A stretch of 64,000 nt of DNA from Octopus sinensis. Its lineage: Eukaryota. The position numbers were made by a program, and so were the translations under genes. The notes under the pieces are model-generated. The model worked only from the letters and a program-made list of their open reading frames with translations, made no database searches and was not told where the DNA came from. Of the stretch, positions 24,094 through 36,555 are shown piece after piece. The stretch spans positions 43,958,001-44,022,000 of the forward strand of contig NC_043006.1 in the NCBI RefSeq assembly GCF_006345805.1, given 5' to 3'. The first letter of the stretch is position 1. Every line of letters begins with the position of its first letter.

Positions 24094-26949
24094 TATTCCC
24101 CACACACATACTGCCTAACCTCTTACTCTGTCCACCTTTACTGCTCGTCACCTGCTCAGGTTGCCCTGCCTCACACATTACATATAATTATTTCACAATG
24201 TATCCTCCACTACAACTTCACTGAGCTGCTGAGGTAAAGAAGTTATGGATGGATGTATAGACAACATATTTGAATTAATTCACTATACATTACATGAAAG
24301 ATAAAGTAATGATACTTCGAAAGCAATCGTGGAGATGTTATCTTTATAAGTTTATACAAATGACAGGTATAGCAAAATATAACATATTAAGGAAACAGAG
24401 ATTGCTGATGTCACGTGCAATCACAGTCTGCATAAAGAGATAGGCTAAAAACTGGTCAGAAGATATCTCTAGGTAATTGTCATCTTGTACAGACATCTCA
24501 GACAATGCTGTTCACAGACTACAAACTTGCTCTCAAACAGCTAGTTTTGGATGACAGCTGTCTTTCGTGATGCCACACAAGAAGAGGTTGCAGTTTAGGC
24601 AGTTCTCAGTTAATGCAAAATTATCTTTCATTGGTAGCTACAGAAAGTTTTATTTTTCTCTTTTGTTACATAGTAAATACCAGTTTCTGTTTCTAGAGGC
24701 AAATATGCAGGAAGTTTACCAACACTGACACGTGACAAAGATGTAGCTGTGTGATAGACAAATATTATTTCTACCACTCAGCCAATGTCAACTAAAAATA
24801 TCTATTGAGACAATATGTATAGTCTGCACTGTGCCAAAGAAAACAGGGGTGGAGCAGGGTGGGTTGGCGTGGGGGCAGGATGGGGTGGAATTCGAATTAG
24901 ATCATGCAGTAAATATACGTCAACATTTCAAGAAAGGAAATCATTAAAGTTCAACATCTGAGTTAAATATCTACGATCGAATATTTCTTTTCACTGACAC
25001 ACACACACACACACACACACACACTGGACAAACTGGACAACTCCTTACATCTTTGTACACACACACACACACACACAGTCAAGAGTCAATATTTCCAGTC
25101 TGTGTCTAACACACACGCGCACAAACACATACATACAGAGTCTATATTTCTACATGCAGAGTCAATATTTCTATTCTATGTCACACACAGGCACACAGAA
25201 GTTTTATATAGTGTTAACACACACACACACCACACACACACACACAAGCACACACAAACTGTTTTATTGTGTTACACAAATGAGCATCTCCATAGTGGCA
25301 TTCACGCATACATCACACATCAACATCTTCGCTCAGTTTCAGAGACATAAAGTCTGCAACCTTACACTGGAATCAGAGAATAGGAAATAAGAAGAAATAT
25401 TTCTGAAAGGCTTCCATAAGTTTTAAGCAACATACCTATAATTCCCAAAGGATTTTTCTGCAACAGTAAAACTGTTGGAACATTACCAAACATGTCTTTC
25501 TCCTATTTTCACACTTATCTAAGATTTGGTGATAATAAAGTTGACAGCAGCCCAGAAAATTCCCAACTAAAATATTTATGTTGACAAATAATAATGAATA
25601 TTCAATGGAGATTCTGTGCTGGATACTTTCTGTGTTTATTCTCTATAGTGCCACAATTTCTGTTCACTCATGCAATGATTAATAATTCCTAGATATTCAC
25701 AAAATATAAAAAGAAAAGAAAAGAAAAGAAACAGCAGGGCTAGGAGAAGAAGAAAATAGCAAAATAAATTTAAGCAATTATTCATCCTAGATGTGTTTAT
25801 TTTTAAAATATTTCTTGCAGTGTTTCTTCTTTTTTTTTTTTTTTGCACTTCTTCCTCGTTTCTTATTTATTCATTTGTGAGTTTCAAGAGAACCAACGAT
25901 CATAAAGCTGATGGAATATCTCTGTTATAAACACTTTTGTTGAAGTTACACTTTTTATTCCTTCAATCTATGTGTTAAATTTGTTCTTTAACATGTTTCG
26001 TTGTAAGCGTTATTACTCTATGAACATCCTCTATGAACACATTATGCATTTAATATTTCAAATAAAAAGATTTTTCTGTTTTTCAAATGTTTGGTGAAAT
26101 ACTTTTAATCTGGAGGGAATTAAATCAAACAATGCCTGCAGCATGTTGTGGTGAGAATCTCGTATGTATTCTTCACCTGTCAAAAAAGAGGATTTCTGCT
26201 AAATTGAAGATCAAAATTCAATGGCTTGGCCAGTACACTGGGGATCGGTGAAGAAGAACTACCATAATAAATATTAACTTTGACAGAACTGGCACCACTG
26301 AACATCACTGCAGGTTATCTCGATTTAGGGACACACCAACAATGCAACTCAGCAATAGCTATTCCAAGAACAAAATAACGGCAAAGTTTCGAAACATGTC
26401 TTCCTTCATAGGATTAATATAGAGTGGACAAATTAAGCAATCAGTTATAAGAAAGATTAATTTATGCCACTGGTTGGTTGCTGCTACTGCTGTTGCTGTT
26501 TTGCTGTAGTTTAAGTTTCCGATATTAAAAGAAATCATACTGATAGCAACAAGATAGATTTTTTTACAGGTTATAACATTCATATAATGTAAACAAATAA
26601 TAAAACTACTTTTATTCATTCCATCACATATCATACAGATCAAATAATTTGAGATGATTGCTTCTAGAGACCATTCAAAAGAACTCATTTTTTATATGAG
26701 AGAAAGGCTTTCATGTTTCATTTTTTTTATAGTTCGGTTGTTGCTGTTGCTTTTTTTTTTTTTAATCATAATTTCTATGGATTGTCATACAAATAATGGA
26801 ACAGTTGCAACAATCGAATGCTGGATGACAACAGAATTTCAAGAAAAGATTAATGTTTAAAACTGACTAAACAGTGATGTATAACGTTTGTCACTAGCAA
26901 TAGATTTTCCACCATGTCGACATCAAGTAATGTAAGAAGGCCTGTTAAC

Positions 26950-27330
26950 ACTTTTTCTTCAAATTGTCTTCTTACATTCATCTCCTCCGAGTCTAGTCCC
27001 ACTACAACTGACATGTGCCTTCTCTTGCTATTGTGCTATCACTGACAACAAGCTATGCAAGTTGTTTTCATATTTCTGTCATCCGACCATTAGTTCAAAT
27101 GGCTGCCGCAGACAAATTTTCGCACCTTCCTATTAGATCTCTTTAACCTGTCCAAACCCTTACTTTTCCAGGTCACACAGCCCATTAATCATCTTCGTAG
27201 CCTGTCTCATTGCACATCTGACAGCAACGCTAGATAATACTCCCAACAAATGTAGTCAAAAAGCTACTTTCGTGCACAAACATGGCACAGAATGGATTCT
27301 GACATTATATATACTCCAAAAGAACATCTA
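26950..27330 (-). mobile_element. CR1/L2-type LINE RT C-terminal remnant
   Basis: Minus strand reads DVQ/RQATKMINGLCDL and then DRLK (frameshifted), like the CR1 VQRRATKMIxGLxxLxYEERL motif. Confidence 0.55.
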
Positions 27331-27706
27331 GTTCTTTACACTTCTGATTACAATAAATCAAACACTGCAAATAGAATTTACTAATTTAACTTGTGATGAT
27401 CATTTACTCGAGACACTCCTTTGACCTGCTATTGGCATATTGTTCGCCAAACATATTGAGTACACAGTATCAAACATTCTTTTCTTCCTTTAATTCTATC
27501 AAAGCAATCTATCACTATACTCTCCTCTTATTTTAGCTGCACCCGTATATACACACACACATATACACACACACAAATCGACATATTAATCAATTGAAGT
27601 GAAGTCATCTACTTCAACGGCACACCCCCACACCTACCAACCACCAATCTGAAGTGCTGGTTACTATATAATGTAGATGTGTTAAAGTTCGTTCTCAACT
27701 TTTGAT

Positions 27707-27707
<1 letters not shown>

Positions 27708-27775
<68 letters not shown>
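27708..27775. repeat. (CT)n microsatellite
   Basis: Direct reading. Confidence 0.95.
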
Positions 27776-27777
<2 letters not shown>

Positions 27778-28439
27778 TTGAATCAAGCCAAACTGCTGAA
27801 CTATTTGCCATCACTTAACACCAATTCGCACTTAGCATTCAGTCTAAGAATTATCAACAAACTGACATTAAACCTGCGTTCATGAGATCCACATCAGATA
27901 TTGTATCAATTAAAGTCAATTCACAGCTTCTAAGTATGTTGATAATAGTCACTAAAGCTAACTGCTCTGGTCATTAGTTCTGACTCTAATGCCTCTAGCC
28001 AAGACACTTATCGATATAGTGAAGTGGGCCTAATGCTGGACAGTAAAAAGAAGATACTTTCTACAAATCAACCTCCTAATTTGCAAAAATCTACTGACAG
28101 CTCTAATTGTAGATGAGATAAATTCCCTTAAAATAGCATGAAGTGTATGAAACTAAAGAATCCTTCCAAACTGGAAAACTAAGGAATTGTCCCAAACTAG
28201 AAAAGGGGACACTCCAAACAGGCAAAAAAGAAAGAAAAAAAAAAAAATTCAATATGCAAATTAGAAGGTGATCAAGGTGAAGAATGTTCATCTGTGTTAA
28301 AACTAAGATAAACAGATTAGAACATTAGAAATATTATTGCTGTTGTTGTTGTTGTCAATAATAATAATAAAGATAATAATAATAATATAATAATAATAAC
28401 AACAATAATAACAACAATTATTATTATGATGATGATGAT

Positions 28440-28758
28440 GCCTTAGGAATGATAGCAGAAGGGGCTGACTGCTACCTAGCTCAGATACCAGGAAATCCAA
28501 AAATGGCAGAAATTCAAAAGATAGTGCTCATGGGAATTGCCATATCCTACATAAAATACTGTCTATGTAATCAAAAATTTTAAAACAAACTTCAGATTTT
28601 CTTATGTTTTCTTAAACATTCTCCAGAACAATACAATGTGCAAAAACCAAATACATGACACCCTAGGCATAACACCAACTTGAACTTCTAACTTGCTGTC
28701 TCTTGAGGTCTTTGGGTGAGACTTGGAGTGAACTTATACAAATACAAAGTCAAACATA
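28440..28758 (+). mobile_element. 5'-truncated RLE-type non-LTR retrotransposon (R4/Dong-like) 3' end
   Basis: ALGMIAEGADCYLAQIPGNPKMAEIQKIVLMG then (-1 frameshift) HILHKILSM* (stop ends at 28570), matching the RLE C-terminal GALG...LQK..LLGTAxILRxxL pattern; 3' UTR runs into (TAA)n. Confidence 0.7.
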
Positions 28759-28774
28759 TAATAATAATAATGGT

Positions 28775-29000
28775 AATGTGCCTAGTGTATCCTTATCAGA
28801 CAGGTAGTCATGATGGGTATACTGGGCTTCGTACATTTTACCCCAGTGTCACTTTGATGGCATGCACTACTCTCTCACTCAATGATAATAATAATAGTAA
28901 ATGCCTTGATGTAATACCATGCAGTGACTCTCATGGCTTATGGTTTTAACTTTGATGGCACTTAGATGGCATGTGCCGCTCCCTCACTCAATATTAATAA
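28775..29000 (+). repeat. Unclassified repeat with a duplicated ACTTTGATGGCA...CTCACTCAAT(A)ATAAT tail
   Basis: The tail motif occurs near 28850 and again near 28950-28995. Confidence 0.5.
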
Positions 29001-29004
29001 TAGT

Positions 29005-29200
29005 ATTGGTTTCAAATTTTGGCACAACAGCAGCAATTTAAGGGAAGAGGCTAAGTGGATTACATGGGCCCCAGTGCTAAGCTGGCGCTTATTTTATCAA
29101 CCCCGACCTCAGCGGAATTTGAACTCAGAATGTAAGGACAGACAAAATGCTGCTAAGCAGTTTGCCTGGCATGCTAACGATTCTGCCAACTCACCACCTT
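29005..29200 (-). mobile_element. SINE family B (B2 tail), internally deleted
   Basis: ggtttcaaattttggcac ... gaatttgaactcagaa ... ttctgccaactcaccacctt. Confidence 0.8.
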
Positions 29201-31267
29201 AAATGATGATGATGATGATGATGATGACAATTTCTTCTTGGTATTAATAATTATTAAATAGGGGGATGTGGGTTATATTAGCATTAAGCCACATTTAATG
29301 TTTCATTTTTCTGACAAAATCTGAAAAAAAAAAAATTATAGAGAGAGCATGGGTCCATTCCCACAGCTAAGTTACAGTTACTAAACTTAGAGATATTAAC
29401 AGAAATTTGCTTGATATATAATATATACCAATTCTTTCTCTATTCCTCCATATAAAAAAAATGAAAATGATAATAAATATGAAATTGTTAAATGACCTTC
29501 AGGTAATTTGGTGGTTAGCCACATATAAAATAAAATCAAAGAATTTGATTAAAATTCTCCGCAAATATGATACCAGAAGTACAACTGAAGGTCATACATC
29601 AAACAAAACATCGTCCTTCATACAATGTAATTTGTACAAATTTGGTACATTTGATCAATTGTGTTGTCCACAGAAGAGATCTTAAGTGTAATGAGAGACC
29701 ATGACAATAGTGGGGGAATAACGGAGAAAAACAAAATGAACAAAGATCATCAAGGAATGCTTTGGTAAAGAAATAAATAAATGACAGAAATAAAAGACTG
29801 GAAAAAAAAAAGTTTGAGAAATAGAGATGAAAGCATGAAAGTATAAACAAGAATAACTGTTAGAAATCGAAAGAAAATAAGTAAATAAAATAAAACACAA
29901 ATACATACAAAGACAATATGAAAATAAAATTACATAAAAAAAGGGGGGGGGTGTGATGAAAATACAAATGCATGTCAGTAATGAAACTAAAGAAGAATGG
30001 AGAAACAATAAAAACTTGCACAATGCCACAACATTAAAATTTAACAAGACATAGAGAGAGAGAGAGAGAGAAAAGGATCAAAAATGAAATGAAGAGAGGC
30101 AAGCAAGAATGGAAGAGAAAGGAGAGCAAGCAGGGGAATAAGAGAGAGGGGGGGAGAAGAAGAGGTTGGATTCGAAATGAATGTTTGCAGCGAGGAAAAG
30201 ATTCAAGGCATCTATTTTGTTCCACAAAGAAAGAACTTTTGTGAACTGGAACCAGAGATTATTTAATATCAAGTGATTCTCATAAGTATGGGTAATTTTG
30301 CTGAAGATCGTAATAGCAACATAATTATCTATATATGTATGTGTACGTATGGATATGTATATATATGCATATATATATATATATATATGTATGTGTATGT
30401 GTATATATATGTATGTATATGTATATATATATATGTGTATATATATATATACACACACACATATATATATGTACATGTTTGTATGTATTTCCTCTTTAAC
30501 TTACATCTTAAGGAAATTTCAAGAAATACCACAACACAACTAGTTGCTGTTAGAAACAGAGGAAAGATAAAAGCTAATAACCAACTAACGATGTACCACT
30601 GTATTGATCAAAGAAGTGAAATCACCTTGCTGCTATGCAATTATTAGAAAAGAGCAATCACCCCCTTTCAATAACTGACAAATGGTAGCAAAAAAAGAAA
30701 AAAATATATATATCAGCAACTGACTTTGAGAAGGACACCTATATACATTTTTACTTAGTGTTTTTGTAATGCAAGACTCTTGGTTAAAGGGAAATGTTTG
30801 GAATTAAAGATAACTGTAGGTTGTTGTTGTTGTTTAGTTACATGATAACCTTGATCAAACAGACCTATGATCAAAGACATTCCAACCATGACTATATTTT
30901 AAGATTTTCAGATGCAATACGAGGGAATTTGGTAGCTATTTCTAGTACATCACACAACCAGATTGGCTTGTGTCTTGCTACTGATGCTAGCAAAGATCAA
31001 GCAGTGGATGTGAAGGTGGATCAGTGGATCTTAAGAAATTTTCTTCTTAAGCTAAGGAAAAGACAACATGTAGAATGCCAGATATCAAACCAAGAGGCTG
31101 TGAGTTCAAATCATATCTCTGGCACTATACTGAACCCTTGTACACATTTAGTTCAATCCACCTAGCCAAAAGTAGTGACCATAGCACAATTTACTGTTCT
31201 AACCAGTAGCAACACTGTACAACTCAGCTTCAGTCTTGCTGAAGTCATCTAGAAGAGAATGGGGCTA

Positions 31268-31670
31268 ATCATCATCATCATCATCATCATCATTTAACAT
31301 CTGTTTTCCATCCTGGCATGAGTCGGAAAGTTTCACTGAAAACTCATAAACTGGGGAGCTGCATCAGGTGCCAGTCTGATTGGGCAAGGTTTCTATGGCT
31401 GGATGCCCTTCCTAATGTCAACCACTCCAAGAGTGTAGTAGGCATTTTTTACATACCACCAGGATGGGTACTGTTGACCTGACACTGGCATCGGTCACGA
31501 CTATGGTCTCACTTGGCTTGACAGGTCTACACAAGCATGGTATATCACCAATGGTCTTAGTCACTTGTCACTGCCTCCATGTGGGCCAATGCTCAAACGG
31601 TGCTTTTTATGTGCCACAGGCACAGCTGCCAGTCAGACAGCACTGGCATTGGCCATGACTAACTATACTT
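31268..31670 (-). mobile_element. Family C repeat
   Basis: (ATC)n-CATTTAACATCTGTTTTCCAT ... GCTGGATGCCCTTCCTAATGTCAACCACTC ... GGTGCTTTTTATGTGCCAC. Confidence 0.82.
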
Positions 31671-33546
31671 TAATAAGATATAAAAGCCACAACCTTCGTT
31701 TATGCCAAACCCATAGCCATGAAGCATAGTGTGGTTATTCTGGGAGAGGTCCTTTGCCTAACTTGGTAACTGACAGAACAATGCTAGCTGCAGCATTCAA
31801 ACTAGATGCTTAAATGTATAGTCCAGCAATTTAACTACTCAATCAGAGGAAAATTAATGTTCATTTTTGTGTTTTGTACCATAATATTAGCTTTCTGATG
31901 GAAACTGTCCAAAACTCTTCAATTATTAATAGGTTTCACAGTTACCAAGACTATCTGCAGAGATGGAAATAATTTTGTCTTATTTTTCACTGGTTTTTTC
32001 CATTTAAACATAACAATTATTACGTTTCCGGATTAAAAAACAAATTAAGAAATACATTCATTTGTGGTTCTAAAAATTAAAAAAAAACATAATAGTAAAA
32101 TAAATAAATAAAAACTGGGGGAAAATCTATTTAACTGTCTTTTTAAACAATCAACCATTTCATGTGTGTGGGGGGAAGGGGATTTTTGTTTTTTAACTTC
32201 AGCTATATCTTCACTTCAATAAAATAAATATATTTCTCACTGACCCTCAACCAGCCCAAGATAATTACAAAAAAAAACAAAAAAAACCTAATTGAGCCAT
32301 TTATATGTCTGTGCTGTTGCTTAGCAAGAATGCAAGAGCCAACACTATCATATTATGATTTTTAATAATTTTAACTATTCCTATGAAACATGATTATTAA
32401 TAATTCTAAGCAGAATAAAAATAATTACATCGTAAATAGAATTAAAAGAATTGTAATTATTGTAATTAGAATTAATAATAATTATAATAATTTTAAGTAG
32501 AATAATTAATAATTATATAATAATTTTCAGCATCATCTTCCCATGGGAATATCTTTCTAACACAGCTTCAAGTTTCCAATATTCATAGATATCCTTCACA
32601 CACAAACATTTCAAACTCAACTCCATTACCACTTCTCTGTACTTCACTCTCTAAATCATAAATAATACAGGTTGCAGATTAGAGATAAGCTTTCTTTAAC
32701 TTTATTACTGCTATCTATGCATCTGCCTATCATGTAGAAGCCACCAATTTACACCGAATCTTATCGAGGAGAAAGTCTGGTGCTGCCTGATGTTGAAATC
32801 TAAAGAAAAGGTTTGGAAATGATATCAGATTTTTCTTTCATGTTACGTGAGGATAACAAAATAAGAGCTGAAATTTCTCGTGACACTCAACAGTGACAGA
32901 CAAGGGTGTTGCATAATCAATTATCTTTTGGGGCATGTTATAATAGGTGTCACGTTTGTGTCAATGACCAAGGGCTAAGAAGACGAAAGGGTAAGGTAGA
33001 GTGGAAATGCAATTTCTGTCACCACTAGCTCCGCTCGTGAGTAATTAAGAAAGTTTAATTATTCAAACCCCAATTATTACACATTTTCAGTCACCAGAAG
33101 CAGCTGCTGAGATCTACTACCACCACCACCACCACGAACACTAACATGATGAACAACAGCAAATAAATAAGATTAACAAATAAAAATTAATATAAAATAT
33201 ATTAACATAATTTGAAAACCCATATAGCATGACTTAATTTCCATGCTGCTAGTTAAGGGGGCAAGAATAGATGTATTTTAGTAGCTGATACACATTTATT
33301 ATTGGTTAATCAGATACACCTCTCTGTCCTTTTCATTCACTGCCTTTGTCCTAATTCACGGACCCCTAACCACTTAAGTTCACAGTTACACTCCGATCAC
33401 ATGACCATACCATCTTCATTCCTCTCACAAACTCTTTTCTTCAATAAACTATTTTCACAATCAATTTTCCTGGTATCAACTACATTCTTTGTCCTCTCTT
33501 TTTTTCTCCGTATGTTTTACAAGGTCATATATCTTGACCTACGCCA

Positions 33547-33965
33547 GAGGTTCTCAATGTGGATGGTACTGCCCCTAAGGAGCTGCTGGGCATGTCGAAG
33601 GGGGCATTAGACTTTAGGGGGAAGTGAGGTGGTGGTGAGATAACATAATTAACATACTAAATTTTATGTTGTACATGATAAAACTAGTAATGGTTATTGA
33701 AATAAAATGAGATCTCATCAGGTACAGGGAAGTCATTAGCTTACAATGTATTAAGTAAATTTGCAACTTTTGTCTTAATCAGATTTTTATCATTTCACTG
33801 TTAAAAGCTTATACGATTCACTTTATGAGTAAAATTTATAAATCATCATCCAATGTTAAGTTAGTTTAGTCATGATACCTCACTCGCTACTTAGGTGAGC
33901 ACTAGACATAACTACTGGGGTGTGGGGTGGGGAACATACAAAAATAAAAAGGCTAAGAATTGCCA
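33547..33965. mobile_element. Possible degraded hAT MITE
   Basis: Left end CAGAGGTTCTCAA is hAT-like; the right end is only weakly complementary. Confidence 0.3.
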
Positions 33966-34337
33966 ATCTACACTAATGCTGGCTAATTGTCTTTGCGAAC
34001 ATATAAAAATTTATCACTTCATTAATAATCCAAGTTCCTAAATACATAATAGGCTGGTTGTGTTGCAAATTAAGCAATCTTGTGACAGTCTCTGAAATTA
34101 CTGGGTCACATATTTCTGTAAATTTACAGATTTGAATGATATCTACATATATGCATTTCAGTGATAGATTTATGTTTGTCCCTGCTTTTTTAACAGAAAA
34201 AGATAAACTAAAGTGTTTTGGCTAAGTGTTCATTAAGACAGATTTAAAACCATGCTCTACAGCCCAGCAGCTCATTATAATGACATTATTGTTTCTCTGT
34301 TTTATATATTTAGTCCCCCAGTGAGGTTCAAAGCTTT

Positions 34338-34374
<37 letters not shown>

Positions 34375-35643
34375 CATGAACAACAGATAGTTGTTTTTGA
34401 GTCCTTCTTCAAAACTAGCATCTTTCTATAAAAAGGATCAGATGTTTGTTTTTTTTATAAAAGGAATAACAAATTAAACAACTGTTATTGGAGTGATACA
34501 AACAGTACAGCACTGGGTTAAATGCCTCAACATATTTAACTATGAATCTCTTTGTTCTGTGTTCAAATCCCACGGGGGTTGAGGTTGTCTTTCATCTGCC
34601 TAATGTCAACAAAATAAATTCTACCTATATACTTATGTTGATTCAATCAAATATATCCAACCTCGTAGCCCTATGATAATATAAGGTGGGATCAATAGGC
34701 TATAAGACAACCAGCTGGGAGATGGGAAACAGTCATTCCTATCTTATCTGTGATGTTACACAGCTTCCACTTAACTGTAAAGTTGTGAACAAATATCACA
34801 TGGTAGACTGACGCATTGCTGGAAGAAGAAGCAGGCACGTTGCAAAATTAATATGATAATGAGTTCAGAAATGTTGTCAATTGATAAAAATTCTAAGAGT
34901 ATAATTGTCAATAATTATGTGTTCGGGTTCTTTTCATTTTGAGTTCAATTCAGACCAGTTTCTTTCTGTGTTGATACAATAAAAGTACCAGTCAAGTATT
35001 GGAGTTGATTCTTCTCCCACATACAACCTCTCTCAGAATCAGCCAGTTTCTACCTAGTTATTGTCATTCAGATGAGGATGCCAGCTAGTCCAAAGCCTGA
35101 GTGGAAGGCAGAGAGAGTCTGAGCAAGGAGCTAGCAACCTTTTCTCATAAAAACCATCCAAGGAATCTAAAGAAAACATGTGTAGCTGAGAGATAGCCAG
35201 GAAAAATGGGCTGGATTTGTGTATAATGTAATATGGAACATACTTAGAAATGGATACCAAATTCAGATCTTCTAGCAGATTTTGGTCAAGACAAAAAAAA
35301 AAAACAATCCCAATCTTCTTTTTATTCAGAATACCACTTCACAGTAAGGAAAAAAATGAATTAATACAAAACATATTTACATTCTGAGTGTGGTATTAAA
35401 AGTGCCTTGTTCTTGAGTTGCCTCACCAACAACACCACACCGTAGCAGAGTAAGAATATGCAAGCAAGTAGTCAGTTTACAAACATACAGCTTCAGAGGA
35501 AAGAGCTTAAAGATCGTTTCTACATTTCTCTACTACTACTACTACTACTGGTGGTATCACATGGTAGACTGACGCATTGCTAGAAGAAGCAGACACATTG
35601 CAAAATTAAAGATCGTTTCTACATTTCTCTACTACTACTACTG

Positions 35644-35676
<33 letters not shown>

Positions 35677-35846
35677 ACAAATAAGTATTAAACTGAAGAA
35701 ATACTCAATATTTTTAGTACAGTTCATGTTTATTATACTTTTACCAGAAAGGGGTGATAGTGACTTTGAAATTTTGGTCTACTAGCCTTCACTGAACTGT
35801 TGAACAAAGGCTAATGGCAAAAACTGCAAAGTCATAGTAATACCCT

Positions 35847-35900
<54 letters not shown>

Positions 35901-35902
<2 letters not shown>

Positions 35903-36065
35903 TTTTATATGTTTCAGTCATTTTACTGTGGCCATGCTGGAGCACCGCCTTTAGTCGAGCAAATCAACCCCAAGACTTATTCTTTGCTTACCTAGTACTT
36001 ATTCTATCAGTCTACACGATGTTCGGGGGACAAACACAGACACACAAACATATGCACACACATAG

Positions 36066-36098
<33 letters not shown>

Positions 36099-36127
36099 TA
36101 TGTATATATATATATATATTATATATA

Positions 36128-36170
<43 letters not shown>

Positions 36171-36328
36171 TATACAACGGGCTTCTTTCAGTTTCCGTCT
36201 ACCAAATCCACTCACAAGGCTTTGGTCGGCCCGAGGCTTTAGTAGAAGACACTTGCCCAAGGTGCCATGCAGTGGGAATGAACCCAGAACCATGTGGCTG
36301 GTAAGCAAGCTACTTACAACACAGCCAT
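35901..36328 (-). mobile_element. SINE family A with an expanded internal (TA)n
   Basis: Matches the reverse complement of the reference copy; preceded by (TA)n at 35850-35900. Confidence 0.9.
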
Positions 36329-36482
36329 TGTTAAACAGGACAGCAAACATTAAGGCAAGGCAAACATCTCAAGTTGTATACAATATCAAGATAGGAAGAA
36401 ATTCAAAATACATAACTACCTAGCATACCTAATCATTTAGATGGCCTGTGAACTAAACCCCCATACTTTGTTTGTATGTATG

Positions 36483-36555
<73 letters not shown>

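Noticed and set aside
32730-33045. Several splice-like motifs and a Cys-rich frame (CHVC...WKCNFC)
   Set aside because: Mutually incompatible frames and strands, with stops; no consistent exon model.
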